Source of the DNA: Chthoniobacterales bacterium
Lineage (GTDB): Bacteria > Verrucomicrobiota > Verrucomicrobiia > Chthoniobacterales > UBA6821
NCBI GenBank assembly: GCA_044326465.1
Contig: JBIRBD010000002.1
Location: forward strand, 1 to 38,832
Direction: 5' to 3'
DNA length: 38,832 bases
Shown: piece by piece, positions 19,917 to 29,030 of the stretch
How positions within the stretch are numbered: the stretch's first letter is position 1
How the letters are laid out: each line of letters opens with the position of its first letter
Notes under the pieces: model-generated
The model's database searches: none
The model's input: only the letters and a program-made list of their open reading frames with translations
What the model was told of the DNA's origin: nothing
Position numbers and translations under genes: made by a program

Positions 19917-22169
19917 TTGAAAACTAGTTTGTTACATTTTCTCAGGATTGTTTTTTTAATACGCGCAGCCTTATTGAGGCACTTGTATCGTCCATCAAAA
20001 CATACTATCGCCGTTACTCTGGCTAGAGTTTCACAACAGAGTCAAAGAGAGAGACATGATATAAAAGCATTCCTTCGCGGATGGACTCACTATGTACCAT
20101 GGAACTTATTGCTCTTATTGCATATTAAACATGATTGGAAATTTGTTGAGGCACTGCCCTTGCTATCGAGGCTTAAGGATTGCTACATTCCTTCTGAAAA
20201 AGAGATTCTGTATCTTCCTAAAAAGATAGATTTGCTCTACGTTCCTTTTGGCAATTTTGCTGTTCCTAAAGCGCCTCCTTATCCTGTTGTTTTTTATTTT
20301 AGAGATATTGAGGATTATTTTTTTCCTGAATCTTTTTCTCTGCAAGAGCTTTCAAAAAAACGTAATGGGTATCGTTGTGCTAGGGTCTATGCCAGTCATA
20401 TAATTGTTCCTTCAGAATTTAGCAAAAAATCAATCAGTGCTTGTCTAGAAATTCCTGAAAAATATTTTTCGGTCATTCCTTCGCCTTGTAACACGTTCTC
20501 TTCTAAAAAGGAAAAACCAGCAAAGATAAATGATATTCCCTTTATTTATTACCCTGCTGAAAACAAGCCTCATAAAAATTATGACAGACTTTTTCAAGCT
20601 ATCACAAAAATAATAAACAAAGGATGGAAGGGATGTCTTGTTTGCACTGGAGAGGTTAGCAATAACACTAACGATTTAGAAAAATTAGCCCAACAAAACG
20701 GCATTCAAGATCATTTTGTTCATTTAGGAAAAATAAAGTCTGCTGAGATATCCTGGCTTTACAAGCATGCAGAGCTACTAATTTTTCCAAGTCTATTTGA
20801 GGGATATGCATTTCCTATTCTCGAGGCATTCGAGTCAAAGCTCCCTGTCGTATGCTCAGGCGTAACAAGCCTTCCTGAATTAGGGGGGGATGCTGTGCTT
20901 TATTGCAATCCCTTTGAGGTCGATGATATCGCCGAAAAAATTTGGATTTTATGGAATGATCGCAAGCTACGTGCTCAGTTAATTTCTCGTGGTAAAAAAC
21001 GCGCGCAACTTTTTTCAACAAAAAAAAATATTAGGCAGCACGCAGAGCTTTTTTCTCAACTTATTCAAAACAAAACAAGTAAAGAAGATCATAGGCCTGC
21101 TATTGGCCCTCTTCCAGAGATTAATCTCAATCTGATCGAAGATATTTATCGAAAGGCAGTAAATGCTGAAATTCAGCAGTATATTCCACCAAGAGATGAT
21201 TGGTTCTCTGTTATAAAGCAGGGAGGGGCAGAATGTAGTCTTAACCCGACTTTCGCTAGTCGGGATGGCGATCTTTTGCAATATGCTTGTTATAAAAAAG
21301 ATGGAGAAGTGGATGGTCCGGTCACATCATTGCCGGTACATTTTTTTACGATTGTTTATGATGGAATGCCTTTTATCGAAAAGCACCTAGATGTTTTTAA
21401 GCAACTGCCTTTTAAGTGGCATTGGCATGTTATTGAAGGTGCCGCAAAACCAGAAAAGACATCTTGGATATTTCAGAATGGAGGTCAATTGCCACTAGAT
21501 GCATCTTTTTTTAGTAACGATGGGACTAAGGAATATTTGGATAAAATAGCAGCAGAGTTTCCAAAGAATATCACCCTCTATCGCAAGAATAAATACTGGA
21601 AGGGAAAACTAGAAATGATTTCTGCTCCTATTGATTCTTTGCCTAAGCAAGCACTTCTCTGGGAAATAGATGTCGATGAAATTTGGAATGCTGATCAAAT
21701 CATAACGCTCGCAAATCAGTTTTTTCAAGAGCCTGCTCGAACAAGCGCTCTCTTTTATTGTCGGTTTTTTGTAGGTCCAGGTAGAGTGGCTGATAATATT
21801 GGATTATATGGCAATAATCCTTCTCAAGAATGGAGACGCGTATGGAAATATCGTGCTGGCGATTATTGGGAGGCACATCAGCCACCATCTCTTATGAGAA
21901 CTATGGAGAATGGAGAAAAACATAATGTTACCAACATCAATCCATTTACTCATGAAGAGACGTGGAAGATGGGATTAGTCTTCGATCATCTTGCTTACGT
22001 TACAAAAAAACAGTTGCAATTCAAAGAGACTTACTACGGATATTCAGGGGCAGTAGCGGCATTTGAAAAAATGTGTCAGGATGATGAGGAGGAATTTTTA
22101 GTTAATAAATATTATTCTTGGATCAAAGATCCTATCTGGGCTTTTCATGACAAAAAAAATGCTAAATAA
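19917..22169 (+). CDS. Two-domain glycosyltransferase: N-terminal GT4 (GT-B) plus C-terminal GT-A-like domain
   Basis: GT4 E-x7-E region: FPSLFEGYAFPILEAFESKLPVVCSGVTSLPELGG. The C-terminal half has FFTIVYDGMPFIEKHL, SNDGTKEYL and EIDVDEIW (DxD-like). The TTG start is uncertain. Confidence 0.7.
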   Translation: MKTSLLHFLRIVFLIRAALLRHLYRPSKHTIAVTLARVSQQSQRERHDIKAFLRGWTHYVPWNLLLLLHIKHDWKFVEALPLLSRLKDCYIPSEKEILYLPKKIDLLYVPFGNFAVPKAPPYPVVFYFRDIEDYFFPESFSLQELSKKRNGYRCARVYASHIIVPSEFSKKSISACLEIPEKYFSVIPSPCNTFSSKKEKPAKINDIPFIYYPAENKPHKNYDRLFQAITKIINKGWKGCLVCTGEVSNNTNDLEKLAQQNGIQDHFVHLGKIKSAEISWLYKHAELLIFPSLFEGYAFPILEAFESKLPVVCSGVTSLPELGGDAVLYCNPFEVDDIAEKIWILWNDRKLRAQLISRGKKRAQLFSTKKNIRQHAELFSQLIQNKTSKEDHRPAIGPLPEINLNLIEDIYRKAVNAEIQQYIPPRDDWFSVIKQGGAECSLNPTFASRDGDLLQYACYKKDGEVDGPVTSLPVHFFTIVYDGMPFIEKHLDVFKQLPFKWHWHVIEGAAKPEKTSWIFQNGGQLPLDASFFSNDGTKEYLDKIAAEFPKNITLYRKNKYWKGKLEMISAPIDSLPKQALLWEIDVDEIWNADQIITLANQFFQEPARTSALFYCRFFVGPGRVADNIGLYGNNPSQEWRRVWKYRAGDYWEAHQPPSLMRTMENGEKHNVTNINPFTHEETWKMGLVFDHLAYVTKKQLQFKETYYGYSGAVAAFEKMCQDDEEEFLVNKYYSWIKDPIWAFHDKKNAK

Positions 22170-22172
22170 AAA

Positions 22173-22847
22173 ATGAACAAGGCCTTTGTTATTAATCTCG
22201 ATACAGAGCAGGAAACTTTCGCAACCGTACAACAAGAGTTGTTGCCTTATGGGATTGAGTGTGAGCGTTTTATTGTGAAACGAGATAAGTACAAACAAAT
22301 AGGATGCACCATCAGTCATTTGAGTTTAATTGCTCAGGCAAAAGAAAAAAAATGGCCCTATCTTATTGTTATCGAAGATGACTGCATTGCTCGCGAAGCG
22401 ATGCATGAATGGCCGATCATCGCACAATTTTTACAACAAGAAAAAAATCGATGGGATCTTTTTTTAGGAGGAGCATTGTATGTGCATCCCAAAAAGCTAC
22501 ACACCAATTTTAAACCAAAATCAATGGAGATAGAAATGATTGAATGTCTGCATGCGGTAACAGCTCATTTCATTATTTATAATGACACTTCGTATGATCG
22601 ATTGTTGCAGTGGCATGATCTTCCAATGCCACTTGAGGAGAGGCCTATCCTTGATCATTTTTTTGAAAAGTGTAATTTTAAAATTTGGGTGACATCTCCT
22701 TGTCTTGCTTGGCAAAAGCCGCATCATGATAGTGACTTTACGGAACTTTTTGAGCATGCTGAGGGAAAGCTGCATTATTTTACTAAATCGATAAGAAGCT
22801 GCTTAAAATATCGTCTCTTTGGACGATGGCTAAGAACAATTTCATAG
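22173..22847 (+). CDS. Family 25 glycosyltransferase (LOS/LPS beta-glycosyltransferase-like)
   Basis: MNKAFVINLDTEQE...IGCTISHLSLI...YLIVIEDDC matches the GT25 pattern. Starts 3 nt after the upstream stop. Confidence 0.75.
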   Translation: MNKAFVINLDTEQETFATVQQELLPYGIECERFIVKRDKYKQIGCTISHLSLIAQAKEKKWPYLIVIEDDCIAREAMHEWPIIAQFLQQEKNRWDLFLGGALYVHPKKLHTNFKPKSMEIEMIECLHAVTAHFIIYNDTSYDRLLQWHDLPMPLEERPILDHFFEKCNFKIWVTSPCLAWQKPHHDSDFTELFEHAEGKLHYFTKSIRSCLKYRLFGRWLRTIS

Positions 22848-22975
22848 AAGGCAACGCAGAAAATTGATAATTACAGACCTTGTTCAATGGTATATCTTAA
22901 TAATAAAATCCTTGCTAACAATTTTATTTGGCCTTATAGGCTCAAACCGACAAGATAAGTCAGGAATTTACTCCA

Positions 22976-23848
22976 TTGAACACTTCATCAACAACTCATC
23001 ATTCTAATGCAGGCTGGACCACGGTTATTGAACCGCGCATTAGCCTTTTTCATATTCCTTGGAAAGAAATTTGGAATTATCGAGAGCTTGTTGGCAGAAT
23101 GGTTCATCGCGATTTTATATCGCAATATAAGCAGACGTTTTTTGGATCACTTTGGTATGTTATGCAGCCTTTGTTTACGAGTTTGATGTTTACACTAGTA
23201 TTTTCAAACATCGCCAGAATTTCTACAGGAGGTATTCCTCCTATACTTTTTTACATGTCGGGAACGGTCTGCTGGACCTATTTTTCAGCCTGTGTAAACG
23301 GAACAGCATCAACATTTATTTCAAATTCTTCATTATTTGATAAAGTTTATTTTCCACGATTGGTCGTTCCTATTTCTCAATTAATTGTAAATCTTGTTGG
23401 CTTTAGCATGCAGATGGCCATGTTTCTCGGATTTTATGCATGGTATTTCTGGCATGGATCCCCCATTACTATGGGATGGCGCATTATTGTATTGCCTGTT
23501 TTATTGCTTCAAATGGGTGCGCTGGGATTAGGCGTTGGGTGTTTTGTTTCGGCTATTACAACACGTTTTCGCGATCTCCAAATCTTACTAGGATTTTTTA
23601 TTCAACTCTGGATGTATGGAAGCTGCGTTGTTTATCCGATGAGCCTTGTTCCTCCTGGCATTATTCATACACTCTACCTGCTCAATCCTATGGTAGCAGT
23701 TATTGAAGGTTTTCGTTTTGCTTTTATGGGGCAGGGAACAGTGACGTTACTCCAAATTATCATTAGCTGCTTTGTTAGCATGGTGACGATTTTTGTAGGA
23801 GTTGTTTTATTTAATAAAACCGAACGGCTCTGCGTAGACATCCTGTAA
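22976..23848 (+). CDS. wzm: ABC-2 type polysaccharide export permease (Wzm/TagG/KpsM-like)
   Basis: EIWNYRELVGRMVHRDFISQYKQTFFGSLWYVMQP signature followed by about 6 hydrophobic segments. TTG start predicted. Confidence 0.85.
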   Translation: MNTSSTTHHSNAGWTTVIEPRISLFHIPWKEIWNYRELVGRMVHRDFISQYKQTFFGSLWYVMQPLFTSLMFTLVFSNIARISTGGIPPILFYMSGTVCWTYFSACVNGTASTFISNSSLFDKVYFPRLVVPISQLIVNLVGFSMQMAMFLGFYAWYFWHGSPITMGWRIIVLPVLLLQMGALGLGVGCFVSAITTRFRDLQILLGFFIQLWMYGSCVVYPMSLVPPGIIHTLYLLNPMVAVIEGFRFAFMGQGTVTLLQIIISCFVSMVTIFVGVVLFNKTERLCVDIL

Positions 23849-23858
23849 AATCTACGAC

Positions 23859-23886
23859 TCTTTACCCTTTACTCTTCACCCTTTAC
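23859..23886 (-). repeat. Heptad array GTAAAGG GTGAAGA GTAAAGG GTAAAGA (minus strand) in the wzm-wzt spacer
   Basis: Plus strand reads tctttac cctttac tcttcac cctttac, four exact 7-nt phases. Same family as 33-63. Confidence 0.8.
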
Positions 23887-23903
23887 TGCTTTTGCTCTCT
23901 CAG

Positions 23904-25106
23904 ATGTCTGAAGTCGTCATTAGAATAGAAAATTTAGCGAAGAAATATCGTCTCGGTGTGATCAATCGCAAGATGCTTGTAGATCAAATTGAGAGCTGGA
24001 TTGCGAGGAAGTTAGGGCGTCCTGATCCGCATGCAGGCGTTCATGAACACGCAACAGATCGCATGCCGACGCCCTATGATTTTTGGGCGCTACAAGATAT
24101 TAACTTAGAAATTAAAAAAGGGGATGTTGTTGGCATCATGGGGCGCAATGGATCGGGAAAGTCGACATTATTAAAAATTTTATCGCGTATTACGGCGCCG
24201 ACAAAAGGTCGTGTCTGTATTAAAGGTCGTGTGGCAAGTTTGCTCGAAGTTGGAACTGGTTTTAATTATGAACTCACGGGACGAGAAAATGTTTATCTCA
24301 ACGGAAGCATCCTTGGGTTAAAACAACGCGAGATTGATGCGCGTTACGCTAGTATTGTCGACTTTTCTGAGATCGCAGATTTTATGGATACGCCAGTGAA
24401 ACGCTATTCAAGCGGCATGCGCGTCCGTTTGGCTTTTGCCGTAGCGGCACATCTCGATCCCGAAATTTTAATCCTCGATGAAGTCTTGGCAGTAGGTGAT
24501 GCGAAGTTTCAAGAAAAATGCCTCAATCGCATTAGTGAAATACGTAATTCAGGAATCACTATTCTTTTTGTAAGTCACTCATCGAAAAGTGTTTTAGAGT
24601 TATGTACGCACGGTGTTGTCTTGCGCGAAGGTCGTATTGTGGCTTCTGGAACCGCTAGGGAGGCAACGGAACAATATTTGGAATCGCTGCATTTATCTCA
24701 TTCAGAAAACCTCATTCCAGGAATGCCTCAAAGTCGTATTGGCTTGCAGGCTGGGGCTCTTGCAAAAATGTTAACGCAGGCATTACCAGAAGGAAAAATT
24801 GTGTTTAATATTCCGATAGAAACTCCTGATGGTATTATTGTGATCGATGTTGGATGGGTGTCAGAAAGTAGAATGAAGACAATGAGGACAGAGCCAACCT
24901 GGGGAGGATCACCAGATATTGCTATTAATATTATTTCGAAAGACAAAGTTGAAGCTGATACTAAGGCTAATATTAATCGCTTACTAAGAGTTGGAGCATC
25001 AGAACCATGGATTGTCTATCCTAATGGAGTTATTGAGAGATTTAAAATTAAGGAAAGGGAATTTCTTATTCCTTGCGAAGTTAAAAATATTCATGACCTC
25101 TTGTGA
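23904..25106 (+). CDS. wzt: Polysaccharide ABC exporter ATP-binding protein (Wzt/TagH-like) with an atypical C-terminal domain
   Basis: Walker A GRNGSGKST, signature YSSGMRVRLAFA, Walker B ILILDEVLAVGD. The ATG at 23904 (MSEVVIRIENL) is preferred over the TTG at 23892. About 135 extra C-terminal residues. Confidence 0.88.
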   Translation: MSEVVIRIENLAKKYRLGVINRKMLVDQIESWIARKLGRPDPHAGVHEHATDRMPTPYDFWALQDINLEIKKGDVVGIMGRNGSGKSTLLKILSRITAPTKGRVCIKGRVASLLEVGTGFNYELTGRENVYLNGSILGLKQREIDARYASIVDFSEIADFMDTPVKRYSSGMRVRLAFAVAAHLDPEILILDEVLAVGDAKFQEKCLNRISEIRNSGITILFVSHSSKSVLELCTHGVVLREGRIVASGTAREATEQYLESLHLSHSENLIPGMPQSRIGLQAGALAKMLTQALPEGKIVFNIPIETPDGIIVIDVGWVSESRMKTMRTEPTWGGSPDIAINIISKDKVEADTKANINRLLRVGASEPWIVYPNGVIERFKIKEREFLIPCEVKNIHDLL

Positions 25107-26071
25107 AAATTTATGTTGCAGCTGCTTCACCTAGTAACACAAGGCAGTACAAAAAATTATTAGAGCTTTGGACGATTTCTTCCAAAAAGCATCAGATTTG
25201 TAATACGCCGGAAGAGGCTGATTTTATCATTATAACTGATATAGCTGGCCCTGGTTGGTTCAAAGATCTTCGCAATCACGCTGCTATCAAAAAGCCAAGT
25301 CAGTGCTTTGCTGTTTCTGATGCTGATTATCCGATGCCGCTCCTGCATGGAGTCTACACCTCTCATTCCAAGAAATTAAAATTTTCTTCTCGATTTAGAA
25401 CAGGAGCCTATAACCTATTTCCTGAAAAATCTAAAAATCTTATTGTCCAGCAATCAGCTACGAATGCTTACCTTGAGCCAAAAAATTTTCTTTATTCATT
25501 CATTGGTCAGGATAGTTCTTCTGTTCGGTTAATTTTGTTTAAGATGCTATCGAAAAAGAAAGATGTTCTTATTGTTAATTCAACAGAAAAATTTAATGCC
25601 TATCATTTAAAAGGAGAGAATCCCAAGCGTGAGCAACGATCCTATGTTAAAACGATCATAGAATCAAAATTTGCTCTCTGCCCTAAAGGCACAAGTGGAG
25701 CATCAATGAGACTTTTTGAAGTCATGCAACTAGGAGTTGCACCTATTATTATTTCTGATGAATGGATTCTTCCAAAAGGTCCTTTATGGCAGGAATTTGC
25801 CATTGTTATAAAAGAGAAAAATATTCATCAGATTGATAGCATTCTTCGGGACTGTGAAAATGAATACGCTATCATGGGAAAAAAAGCACAACTAGCTTAC
25901 AAAAGTTTTTTTGCTGATAATGTCTATTTTGATTACTTAATTAATCAGCTAATTGATATCAAAAAGAATCAAAAAATACCTGAGAAGTTTTTTTGGAACT
26001 GTAGAAATTTTATTGTTAAGTTCTGGATGTTTCAACGCAGATTAGGCCTGCCTTGCTTAGGACGTTACTAA
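25103..26071 (+). CDS. Exostosin-like (GT47-like) glycosyltransferase
   Basis: KFALCPKGTSGASMRLFEVMQLGVAPIIISDEW matches the exostosin C-terminal motif (CPxG...R..E....G..PV.IS). The GTG start overlaps the wzt stop (GTGA). Confidence 0.6.
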   Translation: MKIYVAAASPSNTRQYKKLLELWTISSKKHQICNTPEEADFIIITDIAGPGWFKDLRNHAAIKKPSQCFAVSDADYPMPLLHGVYTSHSKKLKFSSRFRTGAYNLFPEKSKNLIVQQSATNAYLEPKNFLYSFIGQDSSSVRLILFKMLSKKKDVLIVNSTEKFNAYHLKGENPKREQRSYVKTIIESKFALCPKGTSGASMRLFEVMQLGVAPIIISDEWILPKGPLWQEFAIVIKEKNIHQIDSILRDCENEYAIMGKKAQLAYKSFFADNVYFDYLINQLIDIKKNQKIPEKFFWNCRNFIVKFWMFQRRLGLPCLGRY

Positions 26072-26084
26072 AAGCTAAAAGCGT

Positions 26085-26966
26085 ATGTTTTCTAAGGTTC
26101 ATCAAATTTTAAGTAAGCAGAAAGAGCAAAAAAAAATTTCTCCTTCGCTGACAGCTGCAGCATGTAATCAAAAAATTGTAGAAGCTTTAGCTAACAAAAA
26201 ACCCTATTTTATCGGCCGTCTCGGTTGGATGGAAGGATATGCAATTGGTCAATTATTAGCAAATGCAGGAACGACTTTAAGTTTGAGGGAGAAGCTGGCG
26301 TTGCATGCAGGTGTTTTTCCTCCGACGGAAGAGCAATTAAAAAAATTTGCTGATATTTATTTAGAAGCGATGAGCAATGTTGATATTTTTGGTTTGATGG
26401 AAGCTCCCTTTCATGGATGGCTCATTAAAAAATATGCGTCACAAGCAGCGTGTGCCGAGCTTGGATCTTTAGAACCTTATTTTAGTGAAGAGCCATGGTC
26501 ATGGCAGCTCAAGGGATTAACTGTTCTTGTCGTACATCCTTTTTCAGAATCCATCATGAAGCAATATTCCACGGTGCGTGCGCAGCTTTTTACGAATCCA
26601 AAAATGCTTCCTGAATTCACGTTGAAAGTCATTAAAGCGCCTCAAACCATCACTGGTAACGCAACAGAATATAATTGTTGGTTAGAGACGTTAGAAGCAC
26701 TCGGTAAAAAAATTCAGCAAGAAAAATTTGATGTCGTCATTATAGGATGCGGTGCGTATGGATTACCGTTAGCGACAATGATTAAAAAAATGGGAAGGGT
26801 TGCTATTCATCTTGGAGGAGCGACACAGTTGCTTTTTGGTGTAAGTGGTAATCGTTGGCGTCATCATCCGAAATTCAAAACGATTATCACAAGTGCATGG
26901 CAAGCACCTTTAGAAAGCGAGAGGCCTGCAGGCTGGAAAAAAGTCGAAGATGGCTGTTATTGGTAA
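26085..26966 (+). CDS. Putative GT-D / DUF1792-like glycosyltransferase
   Basis: Weak pattern matches: FIGRLGWMEG (compare RFGDGE) and VVIIGCGAYGLPLATMIKKMGRVAIHLGG (compare the GP.A..LA.DL...G.QA.D.G region). The locus context supports a sugar-modifying role. Confidence 0.4.
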   Translation: MFSKVHQILSKQKEQKKISPSLTAAACNQKIVEALANKKPYFIGRLGWMEGYAIGQLLANAGTTLSLREKLALHAGVFPPTEEQLKKFADIYLEAMSNVDIFGLMEAPFHGWLIKKYASQAACAELGSLEPYFSEEPWSWQLKGLTVLVVHPFSESIMKQYSTVRAQLFTNPKMLPEFTLKVIKAPQTITGNATEYNCWLETLEALGKKIQQEKFDVVIIGCGAYGLPLATMIKKMGRVAIHLGGATQLLFGVSGNRWRHHPKFKTIITSAWQAPLESERPAGWKKVEDGCYW

Positions 26967-27895
26967 TGGCTATGTTAAATATATCTCAATGCCAAAAAAT
27001 TATTCGAGGCGATCTTTTCCAAAAAAAATGTGATCATATTTTTTGGAATAATGAGCATGCTCAAGGAAATATGAAGTTTCGCGGCGGGGTCATTGTCTTT
27101 TGTAAAATCGATGAAGTGTTGCGATTTTTTGAAAAACTTCGCCTGACACGTCGCCGCATTATTTTAGTAACAGGCGAAGGTGATTTTCCGTGTGATGCAT
27201 GGAGACAACAATTTTTACCTGTAAATGTAGCTTGTTGGTTTGCAACTAATGTTACGCATCCTCATCCTAGAGTTTGTGCCTTGCCGTTAGGTCTCGGAAC
27301 ACCGAAGGATACTGTTACGTTGGATGTCGCTACCATGGTATCAAGTAAGGAAGAGGTTTTTTCTCGTGATCAATGGCTCTATATCAATTTTCGTCCTGAA
27401 ACAAATCCTGAAGTGCGTTGTGAAATTTATGACTATTTTGAATTGCTAGCAGAGCGAGAATCATGGATTACGTTTGAGAAGCCTTCGGAAGAAAATTCAA
27501 GCCAAAACTTTCTGAGGCAGTTGCTGTGTCACCGCTTTATTTTAGCGCCGCCAGGCAATGGCTTCGATACGCATCGTCTGTGGGAAGCCTTGTTGCTAGG
27601 CGCTTATCCTGTTGTTTTGAATTCAATAGCAATGGAGCCTTTTGCTGATTTGCCCATTCTTTTTTTCGATGATTTTCAAGAAATTACTCTTGATTTTCTC
27701 AAAGAAAATATAAGCCAACTGAAAGAAAAAGAAAAAAATCTTTCGATGTTGCAGATAGATTTTTGGGAAGAAAAAATTCAAAAAGCAAAAAAAGATTTAC
27801 AGCGCAAAAAACATCTAACTTTAATAGAATGGTTGAGCGAATCCTTTTTGTATGGAAATCAAATGCTAAAACGCAGGTTTCAAAAATATGATTGA
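26966..27895 (+). CDS. Exostosin-like glycosyltransferase (second copy, divergent)
   Basis: HRFILAPPGNGFDTHRLWEALLLGAYPVVLNS fits the same CPxG...R.WEA...G..PV motif. The ATG overlaps the upstream TAA by 1 nt (TAATG). The track ORF start at 26855 was rejected because it overlaps the previous gene. Confidence 0.55.
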   Translation: MAMLNISQCQKIIRGDLFQKKCDHIFWNNEHAQGNMKFRGGVIVFCKIDEVLRFFEKLRLTRRRIILVTGEGDFPCDAWRQQFLPVNVACWFATNVTHPHPRVCALPLGLGTPKDTVTLDVATMVSSKEEVFSRDQWLYINFRPETNPEVRCEIYDYFELLAERESWITFEKPSEENSSQNFLRQLLCHRFILAPPGNGFDTHRLWEALLLGAYPVVLNSIAMEPFADLPILFFDDFQEITLDFLKENISQLKEKEKNLSMLQIDFWEEKIQKAKKDLQRKKHLTLIEWLSESFLYGNQMLKRRFQKYD

Positions 27896-29030
27896 ACAAA
27901 TTAAAAAGTTCATTTTTCAGAAAAAAACATCGTCTCTCATTCGCTTATTTCCTAAAAATTCTTCACGAGGAACCGTTGTTATTAGTTATTTAACATGGCC
28001 TTTTTGTGAAGGCCATAACTCGGTTCGGGCTCGCGGACACACGAATGCTTTTGAAGTCGTTACTATTGCTGAAATTTATCAAGAGCTCGGCTACACTGTT
28101 GAAGTTGTCGATTACGATAACAATAATTATCTACCGCCAAAGGATTGTTCCCTGGCTATTGATCTGCATGGACAACTTGCGCGGTGGAATAAGACCCTTC
28201 CTAAAAATTGTCTGCGCATTCTTCATGCAACAGGTGCGCATTGGAGCTTCGCCAATGAGGCAGAGCAGGCTCGGCTTGCGGCAATAAAAAAACGTCGTGG
28301 TGTTGCTCTTGCTCCGCGACGTCAGGTGCCGCTATCACCTAGTGCAGAGCTTGCTGATCAAATTGTCGTTTTAGGAAATGAGTTCACAATGCAGAGCTTT
28401 GCTTTTGCTAATAAGCCTATTACTCGTATTCCGATTTCTTCTGCTTATGAATTTTCTTGGCCAAAAAATCGGGATTTTTCATTAGCGAAAAAAAAATTCC
28501 TTTGGCTTGGAAGTTACGGGATGGTGCACAAAGGTCTCGATCTTGCACTGGAAGCTTTTGCTCAAATGCCAGAATTGAGGCTTACTATTTGTGGACGTCC
28601 AGAAAAAGAAGAAGATTTTTTCAAGCTGTATGAAAAAGAATTATTACATACGCCTAACATTAAGCTTCATGGCTGGATCGATATGGCATCAACTGAATTT
28701 TTAGAAATCGCAGCTACTCATGCTGGAATCATTTATCCATCATGTTCTGAAGGTGGTGGGGGATGTGTAATTCATTGCATGCATGCAGGAATGATTCCGC
28801 TTTGCACGCGCGAAGCATCCGTTGATCTTCAAGATTTTGGAATGTTCATTAATGATGGAACCGTTGAGGCTGTCGTAGAGGCTGCAAGAAAAATTGCTGC
28901 GCTTCCGGATGAAGAAGTGGAACGTCGCGCGCGCTTCGCCTGCGAGCACGTACGCGTGCATCACACACGCGAGGAGTTTAAGAAAAACTATCGAAGCTTT
29001 GCAGTAAAGATGATAGAAACCATCAAGTGA
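27888..29030 (+). CDS. GT-B fold glycosyltransferase (GT4/GT1-like)
   Basis: FLWLGSYGMVHKGLDLALEAF...IYPSCSEGGGGCVIHCMHAGMIPLCT. The ATG overlaps the upstream stop by 8 nt. Confidence 0.6.
   Translation: MIEQIKKFIFQKKTSSLIRLFPKNSSRGTVVISYLTWPFCEGHNSVRARGHTNAFEVVTIAEIYQELGYTVEVVDYDNNNYLPPKDCSLAIDLHGQLARWNKTLPKNCLRILHATGAHWSFANEAEQARLAAIKKRRGVALAPRRQVPLSPSAELADQIVVLGNEFTMQSFAFANKPITRIPISSAYEFSWPKNRDFSLAKKKFLWLGSYGMVHKGLDLALEAFAQMPELRLTICGRPEKEEDFFKLYEKELLHTPNIKLHGWIDMASTEFLEIAATHAGIIYPSCSEGGGGCVIHCMHAGMIPLCTREASVDLQDFGMFINDGTVEAVVEAARKIAALPDEEVERRARFACEHVRVHHTREEFKKNYRSFAVKMIETIK

Noticed and set aside
26855-26965. Upstream extension of the second exostosin-like ORF
   Set aside because: It overlaps the previous gene by 111 nt in another frame. 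The ATG at 26966 gives the TAATG coupling typical of this operon.
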